A DNA stretch of 64,000 nucleotides, taken from contig JAUFOQ010000013.1 in the NCBI GenBank assembly GCA_040285855.1, forward strand, positions 682,001-746,000, read 5' to 3'. The notes below the pieces were generated by a model. It did not search any database. It saw only the letters and a program-made list of their open reading frames with translations, and was not told where the DNA came from. Source of the stretch: Eukaryota sp. GEM-RC1. Lineage: Eukaryota. The stretch's first letter is position 1; every line of letters begins with the position of its first letter. The translations under genes were made by a program, and so were the position numbers. Below are positions 60,489 through 64,000 of this stretch, in pieces.

Positions 60489-61124
60489 GTTGTGACTTAT
60501 CGCCCTGCAATTTGATCTCAAACAACATTATACCAATTGATATTTTATAATGAAATTTAATAAATGTATGAAAAATGTTCAAGACTGAGCTCATTTACAC
60601 TCTATTTTCCATATTCATTAAAGGAACGATTCAAAAATTTCAGGTTGGTCTTCAGCAGACGAGTAATCATCAAGAAGTTGGAGAAGCAGGAGCATTAGCT
60701 GCATCAAGGATCAGAAGAGGTTCAATGATTACATCAGGTTCACTAGTTGAAGTCATTGGTTGTGGAAATTGACGAAGAAATAGTTGTGAAGGCATGATAA
60801 CATAATTTGGCGATCTAATGCTATCATATAATGCAACTAGAACTATGATACAAATACAATGTAACAGTATGCTATAATTTTCTCAGCAACACATGTACTG
60901 TTCCAAAAGGTTAGCCTTCGATAATGGAAATTAGTCTGAGTCACACTATTTCTCCACTCAGACTAATTACGACCGGCACTGTAGTATGCTGGACAATAGT
61001 ATCAGTTTCTAATAACGATATGAATTTCAATTTATACTTCCAACATAGTACTTTTGCTGTGATTTTATATCGCAGCTGTAACAAAACAAATATAATCGAA
61101 TTCAATGACAAAAAGGTCTCCATC

Positions 61125-61313
61125 ACGAGAGGCATTGACCAGGTACTGCAGAGCATTGTTTTCTGTCCTCTTTTCAAGACAATCGATACGGCAAAGGGGA
61201 CATTGATTCAAGGACTCTGAACATTCGGAACAACAAGTATGTCCTTCGCAGCAGATTAGGAGGGGAACGCGGTCAGAGAGATTGAACGATTTACAACAAA
61301 CGAAGCAGTCCAT
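61125..61313 (-). pseudogene. Truncated RING-only copy of the RING-kinase-LRR gene
   Basis: MDCFVCCKSFNLSDRVPLLICCEGHTCCSEC..CPLC; homology stops at ASRDGD. Shares ~100 bp of upstream sequence with the other two copies. Confidence 0.8.
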
Positions 61314-62204
61314 GTTGAGAAGTGATTCAATTTCAATTTTGGATAACTCTGTCAACGAGTTCTTTGTCAAAAGAAGGTCTTATACAACAATAGCTGTGGT
61401 CTTGGTAAGAAGATTAGAATTGTTTAAATCGTATACACAATCTCTTTTGATCTAAGAACTACAAAGTTCTCGAAATAATTGGTTTCTGGAATGTGCGTAT
61501 TGACCGTCCTGAGTTTTACGAATGTAGTTTTCTTCAACTATCACTTACACACCCATCCATCCTATCTAATGATTGTCTCATTATGTCAATTCTTCTCTAT
61601 CATTTTTAAGGCGTACTGACTGACTTTTTTTATATCACGTGTCATTTTTTCAAAAACAGAGCATGTTTAAGAAGAAACAGTTAGTAACAAGTGTTACAAA
61701 GATTACAAATCTGGCACAATGTTTGTTTTCGAAAAATGTTTCTGTTGTATGCGCTTTCATCCATGTCTTTTAACTCAAAAAGACAAAAGTTCTTCTCTAA
61801 ATTTCCAATGAATTTGTAGAACCTTTCAAATTTGGTCTAATCTTCATACTCGCATTATTCATGTCTCTGCTGTTATCATTCTTATGACTTTTATTTAGAA
61901 GAAGTATTTTATTACAAAAAATAGCACACTGAGAATTTGCCACGCAGTAGGGCTGTCTAAAAATTAATTTACAGCCAAATTACTTTTTAGTTTTGGTTCC
62001 ATAAAGTACCCTAAAATGAGAATTACGGAATGAATTTACGGAACATGTTTCCATCAAAATCAATACATATCAGTTAATCGTAAACAATCAAAAATGTAGA
62101 TAAAGGTGTTGTCATTTCATTGGTTATACAATTGGAACAAAATACATACAATTGTCCAATCCATGAGAGCAGGCAGTAATTGCGAATTTGTATAGTCCTT
62201 CTTC

Positions 62205-63094
62205 ATGACGAGAGTACCAAAACACCACGCTACTATAGCTCACTTCTTCACCCAACATGATAGTTCTGATATCATTCCTTCAGGAAATCATACACGTGAC
62301 GGATCTCTTTTCTACACATGCAAGATATGTGACCCTGTCTATGGTCTGTGGATTTTAAAAGATAAGCGTTATTCCAATCTGACCTATCACTTGAAAGGTA
62401 AACATGCTAAATTGTGTCGATCTAAACATTGTGTAGACTGCCTTTGTCTACGTGTGAAACTAAAAGAATTGAGCTTTTCTATAGGTTTTGTACAACAGCT
62501 ATTGTCATACCTAAGTGCTGATTAATCTATAGTAATGTAGTTGATGGATTCCACTTTGGCCTTAGAAGATCACTCATTACCTTTGTGGACAGGACGACGA
62601 CATTTCAAGCAAGTGTTACGTTTTCTATCGTTAGAACGTAGTCTTCTAGATTCCCGAAAACCAAGGCTTCTTGTAACAAATGAAGTTGCTTTTTTTACAT
62701 CGACATGTTTGAGTTAATGCTTGATAATATGGTAAGTCGTTCAACTACTTTTAAAAGAAGATATTTTATTCGAGCCACCAGCTGTTAAACGTTCAAGTTC
62801 CAGTTTAAGTGCTGCTGAAGAATTCAAAGGTTATCCTTTGCTGAGCCTGTATTGCCTCAAAACTCAAAAGCTCTTGACTGGTGGCAATATCAAGGACGTA
62901 ATCGTTACCCTCAACTGGCTTCAATGGCTAGAAATTTCCTTGTACTTCAAGCCACATATGTTCCATCTGAACAAATGATATATTCTGCAGGCAAGACAGC
63001 CACTGAATTTCAAGCTTCGTTGTCTGATGAAAGTGTTACTTATTTGGTTAGTTTGAGGTCTTTGCTGAAATTGTTTGTTGATGAGCGTGTTTAA
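62205..63094 (+). mobile_element. Internally deleted hAT transposase remnant (BED finger plus dimerization domain)
   Basis: YTCKIC..SNLTYHLKGKH BED finger; ALDWWQ..RYPQLASMARNFLVLQAT.VPSE hATC motif. Possible ends ~61948 (TAGGGCTG) and ~63156. Confidence 0.85.
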
Positions 63095-64000
63095 ATTTAA
63101 TTAATTCTGTACAACTTTGAAAAATAGACCATAAATTCCGTTTTCAACTAGTCCTGAACCTATTGAAACTAATGCAAGTTCAAATTTAAATTAGCAAAAA
63201 TTTGTTCAGTTTCATGGAGCTTGAACCGAACCGAATTTGGACAGTCCTAACCTCATATGAAAAACATCTATATTTGTCTTGGTACGATTTGTTTTTTAAT
63301 AATTCATATGTTTGTAGAAATGTTACCTTTTTAGGGACGAAATACACGCTCTCAAAGATAACAAAGACAATATAGAATAGTTTTTGATAAATAACAATTG
63401 GTATAGAACTCAATTTTTATAATAATTCAGAGTGATGGAAATTGCTTCCACCACTGGTCACAACCATCAAATGAATGATGATAACTAAGACATCACAATA
63501 ACTCTAGACCTGTTGAGGTGAACACATTGATTGAAATCAGTTGTCGTTCGTAACATGTGTCACGTCAGCATTGATTATGTTACAGAAATACCACAACAAA
63601 TCATCGACATCCATCAAGATTGCGTGAAAATTAGAATAATGAGTCGATCTAAAAAAGAAATGGAACGTCAAAAATGGTGACTAGAGGGGTCGATTGATGT
63701 CGTTAACTACCTCAATTCAATAAAGGCAAAGGATCTTAAAGATGGCATGTGTATATAACAGAAACACATTAATGTTTTAAAACAGTGATGCTTTTGCATT
63801 TGTTACTTGATTTGTCGATCGAGAATGTGAAAATTTTGGGTAAATTTTGTTTGTTTTGGAGCAAATGAAGCAGTTTGATAATTAAAGAAGAGAAAAGGTA
63901 AATTGAAAAGTTACATGACAATTAAATCATTCTGAAACTTTGGCGAAATCTTTGAATTTTTAATCATTCAAAAACTGTCAATCAGAAACGACACTCCAAA

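Noticed and set aside
1..64000. tRNA or rRNA genes, alternative genetic code
   Set aside because: None recognised by eye. TAA, TAG and TGA all terminate genes, and long ORFs read through in the standard code.

Overview
AT-rich, gene-dense genomic DNA of a flagellated microbial eukaryote. It uses the standard genetic code, has 28-31 nt GTATG..AG spliceosomal introns and encodes cilia-related genes (DNALI1/p28, CCP5, ARL16-like). An anaerobic, metamonad-like protist is plausible but cannot be proven from this window. Many conserved genes are split by 1-nt indels in homopolymer runs, most likely long-read assembly errors. Housekeeping genes (CK1, SPFH, TSR2, LIN-9-like, transketolase, ELP2, tandem WD40 pair, bacterial-type tRNA sulfurtransferase) are interspersed with hAT-type elements and MITEs, two non-LTR retrotransposon fragments, a chromodomain-bearing Ty3/Gypsy element with 91-bp LTRs, and a modular family of RING-kinase-LRR and BTB-LRR genes. 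The stand-out locus is about 48.5-52.5 kb. It encodes a Fanzor (eukaryotic TnpB-like RuvC nuclease) with intact D-E-D catalytic motifs, apparently fused to an N-terminal, catalytically dead family-B DNA polymerase proofreading-exonuclease domain and a C-terminal CCHC knuckle. A hairpin-rich omegaRNA candidate follows it, and no transposase is visible. All protein calls come from motif recognition by eye; no database searches were run.
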